This document shows positions 40,530 through 53,699 of a DNA stretch of 64,000 nt, piece after piece. The notes beneath the pieces are model-generated. The model was not told where the DNA came from. It did not search any database and worked only from the letters and a program-made list of their open reading frames with translations. The stretch is from the NCBI RefSeq assembly GCF_006345805.1, contig NC_043008.1, positions 45,632,001 through 45,696,000 on the forward strand. The letters run 5' to 3'. The position numbers were made by a program, and so were the translations under genes. This DNA comes from Octopus sinensis. Lineage: Eukaryota. Every line of letters begins with the position of its first letter. Positions within the stretch are counted from its first letter, which is position 1.

Positions 40530-40818
40530 CATATATATATAAATACATATATATATATACATACATATATATATATATACATACATATATATATATATAC
40601 ATACATATTATATATACATATATATATATATATATACATACATATATATATATATATACATATATATCTATATATACATACATATATATAACATACATAT
40701 ATATATATACATACATATATATGTATGCATATATATATATATATACATACATACATATATATACATGCATACATACATACATATATACATACATATATAT
40801 ATATATATACATACATAC

Positions 40819-40849
<31 letters not shown>

Positions 40850-40939
40850 AATATTTACATACATACATATATATATATATACATACATACATCCATATAT
40901 ATATATATACATATATACATACATACATACATACATACA

Positions 40940-40971
<32 letters not shown>

Positions 40972-41001
40972 CATACATATATATATAAATATATATATAT
41001 G
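40098..41001. repeat. (TA)n/(TACA)n array
   Basis: Directly visible. Confidence 0.97.
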
Positions 41002-41500
41002 AGAAAATAACAACAAGAATGGATCAATATTTCGGTACAATTGTTTCGTATCACCACACATCAGGAAACACACTTTGTTATGGACTAGTTATGGATAAAT
41101 GCATCTCCTGTGAGTATGATACCTCTCCTCATATCTCCAGAAATCAAACTTTCTTCAATATGGATGGATTTACATTTTCGTTTTCATTTTCTGGGAAACT
41201 AAGAGGTTTTTTTTAATCCCTTTTTTTAAACCAGTTATATGACTGTGCAACACTAAAAGAACTTTTAGAAATCCGTTTGTTACCTAAATCTTATTTTTAT
41301 AGAACTATCCCTGATGTTTCAGGAGTGTAGCATCACCCCCGTAGATGTTTGGAGAACTCAGATTTTTTTCGGCTGATGAGTACGTGTCACTTATATTTAC
41401 TGCAATATTTGCAGCCTTAATAAAGCTGTCTTCGTACGAAACAATTGTACCGAAATATTGATCCATTCTTGTTGCTTTTTTCTTATTTATAATCACCCCG
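41002..41500 (+). mobile_element. Hammerhead-bearing Penelope-like terminal-repeat element with an inverted 3'-end copy
   Basis: Exact 40-bp inverted repeat 41011-41050 and 41435-41474; hammerhead inside. Confidence 0.7.
41367..41455 (+). ncRNA. Type I hammerhead ribozyme
   Basis: UUUCGG-CUGAUGA-GUACG...CGUAC-GAA-ACAAUUGU-A-CCGAAA: 6-bp stem I, canonical core, 5-bp stem II, palindromic stem III, GUA. Confidence 0.9.
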
Positions 41501-41604
41501 CATTACCTTATGGTTAACACCATAATGATTTCTGGTGCATCTAATTAAGTACCGCATTCATGTGAATTCAACAGAACTCACTTGAATCTTAATGGCTTTT
41601 ACTG

Positions 41605-41693
<89 letters not shown>

Positions 41694-41747
41694 GTGAGGG
41701 AAGAAATGGAGCTGAACGAAGATTTAACAAAATTCCTTTTTATTATT

Positions 41748-41827
41748 TTCTACATATGTTTCAAAGGCTGCAAAGTCCCTAATTCGGATTGAATAAGGAG
41801 ACCATTTTGCAGCTTTCTCTTCAGGAA
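41748..41827 (-). ncRNA. Type I hammerhead ribozyme (diverged copy)
   Basis: UUC-CUGAAGA-GAAAGCUGCAAA...UUUGCAGCCUUU-GAA-ACAUAUGU-A-GAA; G10.1-U11.1 wobble. Confidence 0.8.
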
Positions 41828-41982
41828 AATCCAGGAACTTAAATCTCCAAACAATCCGTAACAAGATAATTCATTTATCCATTTCAATATATATATATAT
41901 ATATCTATATATATATATATATTATATATATATATAATTTTGTGAAATAGAAAGATGAATAATCTTGTAGTAGATTAATCTC

Positions 41983-42062
41983 TTCCTGAAGAGAAAGACA
42001 CAATATGGTCCCATTATTCAATCGGATTTTGGTAATTTGTGCCTTTCGAAACACGTGTAGAA
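41983..42062 (+). ncRNA. Type I hammerhead ribozyme
   Basis: UUC-CUGAAGA-GAAAG a CACAA...UUGUG c CUUUC-GAA-ACACGUGU-A-GAA. Confidence 0.85.
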
Positions 42063-42142
42063 TGAAATAAAACGATTTCTGTTCAATCTGCGTTCAGCTC
42101 CATTTCTTCAATTCACCAATAATATATATATATATATATATA

Positions 42143-43757
42143 CAGTGGCGGCCAAAATGTTCAGAACGGCATTGTTTTCGTCGGAAAAGTAGATATAATT
42201 TTTTATCAAAGTTGTTTTATATTCTATAATTTTCACAGAGAATATATACAATATTATCTGTTATTGTCTGAGATTTTTGTGTAATTTAAGAGGATAATAT
42301 AAAAGTTATGGATGATTTAGTGATTTACTGCAAAACCCATGGCAGCCAAAATGATCAGAACGGTTGCTTTTACTCCGTGTTTTAGTATATTTAACCGGCG
42401 AACTCTAATGTTTTGAATTTGTTTACGTGACGGTTCGTTTACTAAACATTACTAAGAATATTTGCAGTGTACTTTGTTAATATAATGTCACTTAGTCCGT
42501 TACCAATTCGTCAGTAGATTATTAAGCTTCGAAGGAATGATAATTTAAGTATTGGATCTATTGCAAAGATTGTTAACAAGTCAAAAAGTGTTGTACACGG
42601 TATTCTTAAGGTCTACAATGATTGTGGTTCGTGTGAAGCAAGAAAGTTTACAGGTAGCCCAAGAAAAACGACCAAGAGAGAAGATCGTGCTATGGTAAAG
42701 TTGGTTAAAAAGGACAGATTTAAAACTGCTGCTGCTGTTTCTCGGAAAATGAGCATTGTATTGAAGAAAACTTTATCTCAAAAAACTGTCTCGTCGTTTA
42801 GTTGAACATGACCTACAAGCAAGAGCACCTGCAGTGAAGCCACTGATCAGCCCAAGAATAAAAAGTGTCGTCTTACCTTTGCAACCGAACATGTGTTGTG
42901 GTCTCAAGAAAAATGGCAAACGGTGTATTTCAGTGATGAATCTAAGTTTATGTTATTTGGCTCAGATGGAAAAATGTACGTTCGTAGAAAAATAGGTAAA
43001 AAATTGTCGCCTAAATGCCTTAAGATTAGTGTTAAATTCGGTGGAGGAAGTGTCATGGTTTGGGGGATGATATCTGGAGATGGTGTGGGCCCTTTGGTGC
43101 GATTACATGGAAAGGTAAATGCAGGAGATTATAAACAACTTGTAAAAGATCATGTCTTGTCTGTGCTGAGAAATTCAACTAAGCGACCACCCATATTTAT
43201 GCAGGACAATGCCCCATGCCACAAGGCTAAGTTGGTCATGAACTTCCTCAAGGCTGAAAAGGTTATTGTTATGGATTGGCCTGCTCAAAGCCCAGATCTC
43301 AATCTATTGAAAATGTATGGAATATTCTAGGAGAACGTTCGAAAGCCAGAAATCCTGAAACAACTGAGCAATTATGGAATGCCCTTCAGGAAGAATGGAA
43401 TATGATCACCCAGCAAGAAATTGAAAATTTAATTTCCTCATGCAGTCGAAGATGTCAGAGTGTGATTGAAGCTAAAAGGCTTCACACTAAATATTAAATA
43501 ATTCCAGTATTCTGTCATTTTTGATTCTTTTTTCAACCGTTCTGATCATTTTGGCCGCCATGGGTTTTGCAGTAAATCACTAAACCATCGATAACTTTTG
43601 TATTATCCTCCCAAATGACACCAACATTTCAGACAATAACAATTGATATTGCATTTATTGTCTGTGAAAATTATAGAACATAAAACTACTTTGATAAAAA
43701 CTTATACTTACTTTTCTGACGAAAACAATGCCGTTCTGAACATTTTGGCCGCAACTG
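42143..43757 (+). mobile_element. Tc1-family DNA transposon, complete ends (1615 bp)
   Basis: 224-bp TIRs (42143-42366, 43534-43757), each with inner and outer direct repeats; TA on both sides. Confidence 0.97.
42485..43497 (+). pseudogene. Tc1 transposase (DD34E), disrupted
   Basis: FSDESKF, GGGSVMVWG, FMQDNAPCH, WPAQSPDLN, IENVW; one early stop and 3 frameshifts. Confidence 0.96.
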
Positions 43758-43938
43758 TATATATATATATATATATATTTGCGTGTATGTGTGTGTGTGT
43801 GTGTGTGTGAAGAATTGGTATCCAGAAGACCCAAGGTAATGCTTTATAAAGAGAAAGACTAGGTTTCTCTTTACAAATGCCCTGAAAATTCAATACACCC
43901 TTGGCTTTGTTGTCTCATTTTATCTAACACACACACAC

Positions 43939-43968
<30 letters not shown>

Positions 43969-43969
<1 letters not shown>

Positions 43970-44022
43970 CTCTTTTACTTGTTTCAGTCATTTGACTGCG
44001 GCTATGCTGGAGCACCGCCTTT
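43969..44022 (-). mobile_element. Family B SINE tail
   Basis: Reverse complement of gcatagccgcagtcaaatgactgaaacaagtaaaagag. Confidence 0.8.
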
Positions 44023-45049
44023 ATATATATATATATATGTCTGTGTGTGTGTGTGTGTGCGTGTATGTGTGTGTGTGCGTGTGTGCGCGTGTGTGTGTGG
44101 TGTGTGTCTATAAACACACCTCGTGTGTGTGAACAAAATGTGACAATGGGTCGGAAACGTGGAACTGTTAAATGGAAATTATAACGATCAACACTTTGAA
44201 TTGCGTACAACATATGAAAGTATCAGTGTAATCGGAGCAATACACGAAACCGCATTAAAATAATACAAAGCCGGGAGACACTTTTCAAACATACGATAAC
44301 AGCACTACAGAATAATCAATGAAATATCCAAGAGAGCTAGCGGCTAGGAATCCAAACAGTAGTTTAACAATAATATCAGTTGGTCTATATTCGCTTCATG
44401 TCTAAGAGAATAACAGAAGCTTTCGCACGCCATAGGAAATCAAGTAACTGTATACATTAAGTTGTTAAAGTCACCGTCACTGAAGGAAATACTGCCATAC
44501 TCAGATAAGCTTATATTTCTATATATGTTCATGTATTATGATTAAATAATCTCTATTTCTCTTGTTCAAGTTCAATCAGAAAAGTGTCCGTTGCATAATA
44601 GATCACATCTTTGTAGAAAATATTTTACACTATGGCCACAGACATTTCTAAATCATACTTAATGTCAAAACATCATATTTTTACGCTTTGTGTGTGTGTG
44701 TGTGTGTGTCTGTGTGTGTGTGTGTATGCTTCGTTAATTATTGCAATTTTCATTATTGTCTCCGGAAATGTTAAGTTCCAACTGCATTTTTATGAGCATC
44801 TTAATTCTTGTACAAGAAGCATGACATCTAGCATTTGTAGCGAATATCGATATGCATCCTTATACTCTTAATTTTTTACCATTTTATTCGTTCCATCGAC
44901 AGGCCATTAGACACTGATTATGATGGGGGACCAGGATGAACACACTCGCACGCGCGACATTTTAGAAGGTTAATGTTTTGGTGACAAGATTGTTAGCTTC
45001 ATATTTTCCAGTTCCCTTCCTGATATACAATTGATTATTATTGTATAAC

Positions 45050-46290
45050 ATACACTATACTTATACAATAGTATTCCTTGGATGGGACCAAATCACTGCA
45101 CTCATGAGCGTAGCACTCAAGGAGAAGATCGAGGGATACAATAGGGGAGAGTACCCAAAAGTGGAAAAGCGCAGGAAAGTATACTTCCAGAAGGAGGGGA
45201 AAAGACATATGACAAGGCCTACAAGCATTTTAAGACATTCCTGGGGTCATCTTTTGTATTCACTATTAAAATCGTCGTGTTTTGTAGGAAACGGGTGACT
45301 TGGGATGGCCCTGTTACAGATTCTTCCGTTTGTCAGAAATATCGTTTCGATTTAGCAGCCTTTTGGCGGTATTTACTTCCTCATCTTGCTTCTTATCTTA
45401 CAGTAGTCAAAAGATAATGTTAAATCTTGTCTCAAAACATGAAAACCAGAAAACCGCATACTCAATAACAAAACAAGCAAAGAAATTGAGTTCCATAAAG
45501 AAAAAATATCAGAATTAGATAGATTGGAAACAAGCTGGGGGTAAAAACTAAGCGGATGAAAACCCTTCTTATAACTGCTGCTGCCTTAGATATTCTTGCT
45601 GATACATGGCAAGAAAAACCTCTCGGTGGGATATCCTAAGGTGAGTTAATAATTCTGGTGTTAACAAACTCCTTGCCCATCAATGGTTAGTGTCTCCTGG
45701 CTTAGTAAGAGACAAAAGGGTTTATCATAGCAGGCGATTATCAATGCCTATATACAAGAAGTTATGACTGCCTTAATCGACATAAATGCATCTGTCACGG
45801 CCTACCGAAACTGAGCAAATATAAAAAAACCTTGAAATAGAAAATGCCTACCTACAAGTAGATACCAGGAAGACATCTGAAAGAACGGCAGTGACCAGCA
45901 TGTTGTGTATGTAAATAACAAAATAAAACTAGCGATCATGGTGTCTCCATGTGCAGCATTCTTGCACCTGCAACCTATTTCAACAGGCATGGTAGAGAAG
46001 CAGAATATATTCACTGGATAAGTTGCAAAGACCTGGACCCGCCCCGTGATAAACATTGGTGGGAACGTAAACTACCAGCAGTGCCTGAAAATGATCGCAT
46101 CTCACTGCTTTGGAACTTTACTCCTCAAACTGACAGAAAAATAGATGCTAATAGGCCAGACACTATATTGACAGATTCAGACAAAAACCATGCTCCCTCA
46201 TCGATACGACTCTCCTAATCGACATAAATGTATGTCAAGACCTACCAAAAACTGAGCAAGCATAAAAACCTTGAAATAGAAATTGGAAAG
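45050..46290 (+). mobile_element. R4/Dong-clade (restriction-like endonuclease) non-LTR retrotransposon fragments
   Basis: WQEKPL, HQWLVSPGL, GFII, CSILAPATYFNRH, LLWNFTPQTDRKIDANRPD; the 70-bp block at 45775 recurs at 46216. Confidence 0.8.
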
Positions 46291-47004
46291 CTGGGAGTAA
46301 ATAATGATAAAAAAACAAACAATATTATAGGTACAGGTCCACAAAGTTTACGTGAGTGGTAATATTTACATTGATACATGCCTCTGCTATAGCTTGATTG
46401 TCGAGCGCTAGTAAATGCAGGAAAATTTCACTCCTATGAATTAACTTTAAATCAAAGTCTCAAACATGCAAATACATACAAATTTAGCTCTTCCTCGACC
46501 GATTCTACAAATATATGTCTCTCTAAAAAGCTAATTATTGCTAAACATTTCTGGAGCATAATACTTGAGGAACAACTGTCGGTTATATCGATCTTGTAGT
46601 AGTAATATATTTTATCGAACCTAGAGAGATGAAATGCAAATGAGACTACGGTAACATTCTCAGCTTAGAACTGAAAGAGCTGTCACTTTATCCTGAAAGT
46701 TATAGTGGCCACCTCTTTACTGATTCTATTATTCAGCACAGTTTTATTGGCATTTATAGAATAATAAATGGAAGTTCTTACATTTGGTACTTTTTGGCGG
46801 ATATAAAACCAGTGTACTAAATTTCCCATCATATAATCTAAAAACGGAGAAAAATTATACTGTTGCGAATAAACGGTTCTTTGAAGATTAATACGTCATA
46901 TTTTCGTTCACATTCAATGCAACTAGTTATTCGGCAAAAGCTGCATTATAAAACCTGTATTCGCTTATCCTATAAATTTGTGTGTGTGTGTTTGTGTGTA
47001 TTCT

Positions 47005-49650
47005 TTTATTATTTTATTTGTTTCAGTCATGCTGGATTACCGCAGTGGTTTTGCACTTGTTCGTATGGTTCTTCTGAGGCTGATTTCTTCAGGATAATGA
47101 AGTTTCCCATCACCATGCCTGTATGTTCTTTTTCCCTGGTTTTTGTCATATTTGGTATATGAAGGATTTTGACACTGCTGCCTTCACCAGTACCTCATGC
47201 GGAGCCGTTGATTTATCCATTGTCACATAGAGAATGTCTTGTTCATTTTTGAAGACATCTATGTCCACATATTGTAGGTTTCTTAATTTCTCTGGCAGGC
47301 AGTATAGAGCTTAGGGCCTTAGAACTCTAAACTATTACGTTTAGACGGCGTGGACGGTATCTAAGCTATTGTAGTACCTAGTCCTGAATTCAGACTGAAT
47401 GGAGGTACCTTCGGTACAATACATCGGTGTACAGTTCGGATCGGGCATTTGTATAACTCTCAATGCTGAAATTAGGTACTATCCCTTTCAGAATTTTTCA
47501 TGTGCAGATTGTTACATATTTGTGGCGCCCTCGCTCCAGGAAGCAAAGTCGTAGCTTTTTCAGCCTGTCCCTGTTGTTCATCAGCTGCACTGTTACAATC
47601 TGTTTTGTGTAGTTGACGACGGACTGCTTCAAGCTCCGTTGTTAGTTTAGAACTCTTTGGTTTCCATAGTTGAGAGCAGTAGCCTAGGGGGCTAAGAACA
47701 AGGGTCTTCCACACGCCACACATAACGTCTTGGTCTTTTTTCCTGACGTACATTTGTATCCATCTTGCCGGTTGTCTGCACCTCGCTACCACCTTTGCAA
47801 CGTGCATATAAAATGATGCATCATTGCACATACTGATGCCTGAGTCTCCTTTTATTGCTTGTTGAGATGGGGTTGCAGTGCATTCGGTTCTTGTATACGC
47901 ACGCTGCGCTGCCTTTGTAGGCTGATAGCGCAGTGTTTGAAATTTCGCAACATTAAATTGCATGTTATTTACGTCAGCCCACTTGTTTATTGCATTCAGG
48001 TCCTCCTGTAAGTTTTCGACATCATCTGGATTCTTTATTGCCTGTGATAATTTTGTATCATCGGCTTAGCCAGTGATAGTGGCTGTCTGAGCGACCATGG
48101 CCATGTCTAAGAGGGCTATTATAAACAGTAACAGCCCTATGATAGTTCCCTATGGGATGCCACTTAGAATTTCAGTTTCCTCGAAGAAGTCACTTTTGGC
48201 AGCAGCTGCCTGGCTTTTGTTTTTAAGAATGTCAGTCATCCACTCTTCTAGTTTACCAGCTAAGCCAAGGTATTGCAGAATATCGCATGTCATGATCTAC
48301 CGTAACGAAAACTTTTGCGAAGTCAAGATGTATCTTATTGACATGTGAATAGTAAAGCAGCTGTTTCAAAACTCACTTGTAGTGCACTAAGAGCTGTGTG
48401 AGACTGCTTCTTCCTAAACGGAAGCCATGCTGTGTGTTTTTCAGTCAGTCATTTTCTTCTAGCAAAATTATGAATTTCTTTCTGATGATTCATATGCCAA
48501 GTCAGAGAGATAGGCCACTAGTTTTTAACCTGTACGCTGCTCCTACCTAATGCCTTCTTTTAGCTTTTTAGGATGCTTACCACTTGCAAGGAAACGTAGC
48601 TTAAATCATTTTTGGATCTGTGGTCATTAAGCCATTCTCTTGGAATAGAGATTTTAATTTATATTGTTCTGTGATTGTTTCCTTCGCAATTTCATAGAAA
48701 GTTTTAGGGTTTGTTCATTCTCTTTCTCTCTCTCATTTTCGTGAGAGAGTTTAACTTTGTTTTCAATTTCGAAGCGCGTCGGTCTTAAAAAAAGACGTCC
48801 TCCTCTCATTCATCTCCTGCAGTTGCCTACTCAACCGGTTTTAAACCTTTGATCGGTGACCCTTAGGGATTTTCTTTTCTCTGGTGAGGATGTGGCTTTC
48901 AGGCCATTTAATATTTGGGAGGTTGAAGTCATCCAGGAGAAGTATAGTAATCTGTTGTTCCAGGCTTGTCAATGCCTCTTCTCTGTGTCTGAGACTATTC
49001 TCATGTTTACCATCATATTTCGAGATATTTGGTGGACGATATGTTGCGCATACAACTTCACCTATTTGCTTTATATGTATCATTAAGTTTTCACAAACTG
49101 AGTGAAATTCCACTCGTATGTGCAAAGCAACTCCTCTGTGACTTCTTGCTCTTCCAATTGTACGAAATGCAACAGACCCTGGTTTGTGTATTTCCAGATC
49201 TTTTATATTGGAAGTTAGAAACGTTTCTATTAGTACCATGCATATGGCTTGATTTCATGCAGCAAGCTCTGTCAGAGAATTACACCTCTGTTACTGTCTT
49301 GTAATAGACCTCAGGTGTTTAATAGGAATATAGTTGCGATATCTGGGTAGGCGTTACTGTTGTTAGTGGTGGTCATCCTAGGTCCATTACCTGAGACGGT
49401 CTTGTGCATGGAAATGTACCACTTTGATGTGGCTATTTTGCATCCTTGGGCTACGTTAAAAAAAGCCTGTGGCTCGATAGTTGCAGTTAGTACAGCCTCT
49501 GCATATTACTTATCAAGGGGTGTAAAGCATGTGTTGATTTCTTATTCTTATTCTTGTTGGTGTACCATTAACCTGCATGTCCATGGTTGGCGATTTCCTT
49601 CTATGTTTTTACTGGTTTTGTTTTGGTCAACAAGCTCAGTATAATAAATT
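47005..49650 (-). mobile_element. Old, internally deleted CR1/L2-like LINE (copy H)
   Basis: IFLLNT..NQAICMVLIETFL, LLDDFNLPNIKWP, GIP.GTI, MQFNVAKFQTLRY, VPNFSIESYTNAR; tail at 47005-47045. Confidence 0.88.
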
Positions 49651-52499
49651 TCCGTAAAACTGGAAATGTGTTTCGTATCTATCTTGGAGATAACATTACT
49701 ATACTTCATGTGGATCTTTGCAGAGAAGGAATCAAATTCGTAATTAGGAATTAGTTGTAAAACATGGCCTTAACCTCTCGTGATGTACATTTGCAAAACA
49801 AACCTTCCATGAACGTGTATGCAACGTGTAGACAAATGTGACATTTATTAGCTCCTTGACTCCAAATGAAGTCATTGCATAACAGTTGTAAGTCATAATG
49901 TGATGAAGAAAATGTTTTGATTCAACTGTGTTTCCTTCCAGAAGTGATAACACCGGCTCTAGAGGAACTGGTAGATCTTCCATCTCTATTTTTCTTTTAT
50001 TGCAGGTTCATCTTTGAATTTGAGGGCATCGCAATATTCGAACTGAACGGTTATTGATCCAATAGATATATTGGGATGCGTTGAACAATCCCTGTCACAG
50101 TTGTATTGAAAAGCTATCTTGGACAGTCTCGGAAAAGAAGCTGCACTGCTTTTGGCAAGATTCCGATTATAACTAACTTGCCTGGCACGTCTTTGATTTG
50201 GTGTTTTTCAAATCTTGCTCTTCCATGATTTGCAGCATCCCCCTCTCTTCTTAAGAAGAGTCTGACTTTCATCTCCTGCACCTTGAGATCATCTCTTCTT
50301 CCTAGCTGCGCCTGCTTAACTTCTTGGAGACTGTCATATTCTGCAGCCCTTGACCTTCTCTTCCCTGCTGCATCTGCTTCTCCCCTTCCTTGTGCCTCCT
50401 TTCATGTCTCTGCTGCTCTTCTCTCTCTCTTGTCTTAGTGCATTTCAAAAGCATTTTCCGTAAGAGTAAGAAATAAAATGAAATTCCTCAGTTCACACCA
50501 TGGGACTTCAGAAATTCACTTATGACTCTGAATCAGGGGCCGAAAGTAGGATATGGCTAAAATCAGACGCGGCTGAATGTCCGATCTGGCTGTTTCATAT
50601 GGTGTGAAAGTCCAATTCTTTACAGGAAGTCCGATTTGGGCCAAAATTTCGACTTCTTCAGTATTTCGTTATGGGCAGAAATTCAGAAACTCCACGGAAC
50701 CTCGAAATCTCATGAACATAAAACTTCTCACTCTAACTTGGATCTAGTATTAAATGAACTAAATTGAAAATATTTCATGAACTCACAAAGTTTACGTATG
50801 AAATTCGAAGTTTCGGCCAGTTTTCTGACAGAGAGAATGTCTTCACACATTCATAAGATTTCCTGTAAAGAAGTAAGTTGTGTTCTTATAGATATGTGTA
50901 ACTTTTTTATAGAGATGACTCTGGTGTGTTAACAGTAAATGAATGAATGCGTAAAGATGTTAGTTGTACTTTGTATATGTAGAAGAGACTTGATAGAAGT
51001 GTTTCTAGATAGCATGAAGATAACGACATTGAGTTTGGTGTATTCTGCCAGCGTCCGTGGAAGAAGAATGTCCTTGTGTGAGAGAGGCCAGCATAAACTG
51101 TGACAGATCAAAACAACATGCCAGTTGTCCTTTGAAAGTGAAGCTAGGAATTCAAGGAACTCCTTTTAATCATGGTGGCAGGCACATTATGTAAGAGGCA
51201 ATCGGACGTAATAGGGAACGCCTGTCCGAGAGAGCTAGTTAATTCAGCCAATCACAGACTGAGTAAAGCTGTTAACCGACAGTGTCGCCTGGGCCTACCT
51301 TGAAGTCCAAAAATGTATGTTTTAACTAAACCTAATACTGACATGCTAGAAATACATAACTCAGCTAAAGAAGAGACATACCGAAGAAGGGAGAGAAATT
51401 TATATGGAAGTATTTTTTGATGTCCCAACACCTAATGTAATGACGTGCAGTAGAAACATGAGAATAAGGAAGCAGACCGAAAATCTTGAGTTGAGGCGAA
51501 AAAGATACCATTAAATAATAAGAATAAATAAAATGTCTTTATTCCCTCAGAAGTCAAAATCTCAAGAAGGGATATGTTGTGACGAGAGTACAGCATCTTC
51601 TGAGGAGAATAGACGAGACCACTACATATAAACAGTAGCGGTCTGACGTAGTTTGGTCCTCGAAGTCTAGGTACAGTTGACAGTTCGAGTTAGAATGTTG
51701 GAATTCTTGATCGCTGGTTCGTTACGTGTTACTGCCACTTTTTCTATTTTGTAATTATAACACTGTTACAGCGTATTCTTTATATATCGCCAACGATATC
51801 AACCGTACTATGATGTTGCAGGCGTAAGGGTACACCAACCAACAACCAACCCATCCACTACAGATGACGTATATCTTTTTTACCTCCGCCTAGTTACCTA
51901 CACATACCCCCTCTCATTACCCAGCCTTGTGAGTCTGGCATCTGTTTTATTTTTTTCTGTTATTTTTACATTTGCTCCTTATAATGTCTTTGGATAGGAA
52001 TACCCCTCATTCGTCTTTGCGCTCTCTCCCTCTAATTTCCCTGGACAGAAGTACCCCTCGCTTTACTGTATAGTATATATCAAGTACAAAGCTCTTATCA
52101 ACACATCTTTCTCAGCCCAGTGCATATTTCTTCTCTCAGTATTTGTACAGCTTTTGAACTGCCGGCAGTCATTTTCCCTTTCTACCGAGTACTATCTAAC
52201 CATTCTTTTCACTCACCATGGAGTACTATCTAATTATTCTCTCTAATAGTGGATTTACCCGAGGAAGACCCGATCTAACTGGATTTAATTGGACCTCTCC
52301 CTGCTCTTGGACATAATGAACTGCAGCAAATATCATTGATGAGGAACTTTCTTCCATTCTCTAATCTATATCTCCCTGGTGACAGTTTACCTAACTTATG
52401 GAGCCTATCCTAATGGCTGGGATATCCCAGAAACAGCTGTCGAAGACTCATTATTTTTAACCTATACATATTCATATATATATATATATATGTGTGTGT

Positions 52500-52544
<45 letters not shown>

Positions 52545-53699
52545 TGAGTGAGTGAGTGAGTGAGTGAGTGTGTGTGCATTGTGACGTTACCGTGTAATTG
52601 AAATACAAATATCTCTTCATAGTGGAATAATCCAACTGAAATATATTTAACTATGGCATCCGTATTATGAAATGGAGAATGTAGTATTTTGTTCTCCAGT
52701 GATATATTATTTATATGTTATTTTGAATGTCAAAACTAATAAGAAAATGTTCAACGAGAAAGAAATGGAATCGGTGCGTTTAACTAAATGCTTCATTAGT
52801 TCCTTTACATTTGTCCGAAAAGAAAGAGACTCAATCTATGGAATAACAATATTATTAAATGAAAAACAAAAGGTGGGGGTGAAAGCGATATGTATAGAAA
52901 TCGATTTATTTCAAGCTGGATAAATCTCTGCTCAATAACTTAATCACTACACACACACACATGCGCGCACACACACACACACATTCATGCACTGATGTAT
53001 ACACAATTCCGCTTAGTCATCGTTAAAATTTGAGATGGATTGAAGATCGAAAATGGAAGAGAATTAAACAATAGAGACCAAGTTCATTTAAGTGCAATTA
53101 AAATGCACAAATGAAATCACTGTTATAAATGACGTTGATTATTGGTAATTCAGAAAAATTGGTCGGAGTAGATCTTTAGTTTCGTGGTGGTGGCCATGAT
53201 GATTGCTATGATGCTAGTACGTCCATACCACTTACACCGAGAATGACGGAGAAAATGCATTCCTGTATATAATCATGTATAGTTACGTACTGAGTTCAAA
53301 TCTCGATAAGTAAAAAAACTATTTTGTCAGGCCTGTTTAAGATAAGGATGCATGAAGCAATCAACTGTAAGGAACACACACCGTTGTAGTAGCGACAGAG
53401 AAAGAAGAGAGTAAGGTTATGAGTTAGTGAATGTTACGAGTATCAAAATGGCATCATGCCAGTCAGATGAGTGGCCTTTCTCTACATACTATCTAGGATG
53501 TCTGTGAGGCAGATAGAATCATACATATAGGAGCAAGATTCTGTTTTGGGCAACACTCGAAATAATGACGAGACTGGTCCTTAAGTTATACTAAATCTTA
53601 ACTTTTAAAGCAAAGATGAGGACTGTAGCTGTTGCTTATGTTTGAAAAGTAGATAGTACAATAATTTCTTGAATTGTTGACAGTTCATGGAGTATTGTT

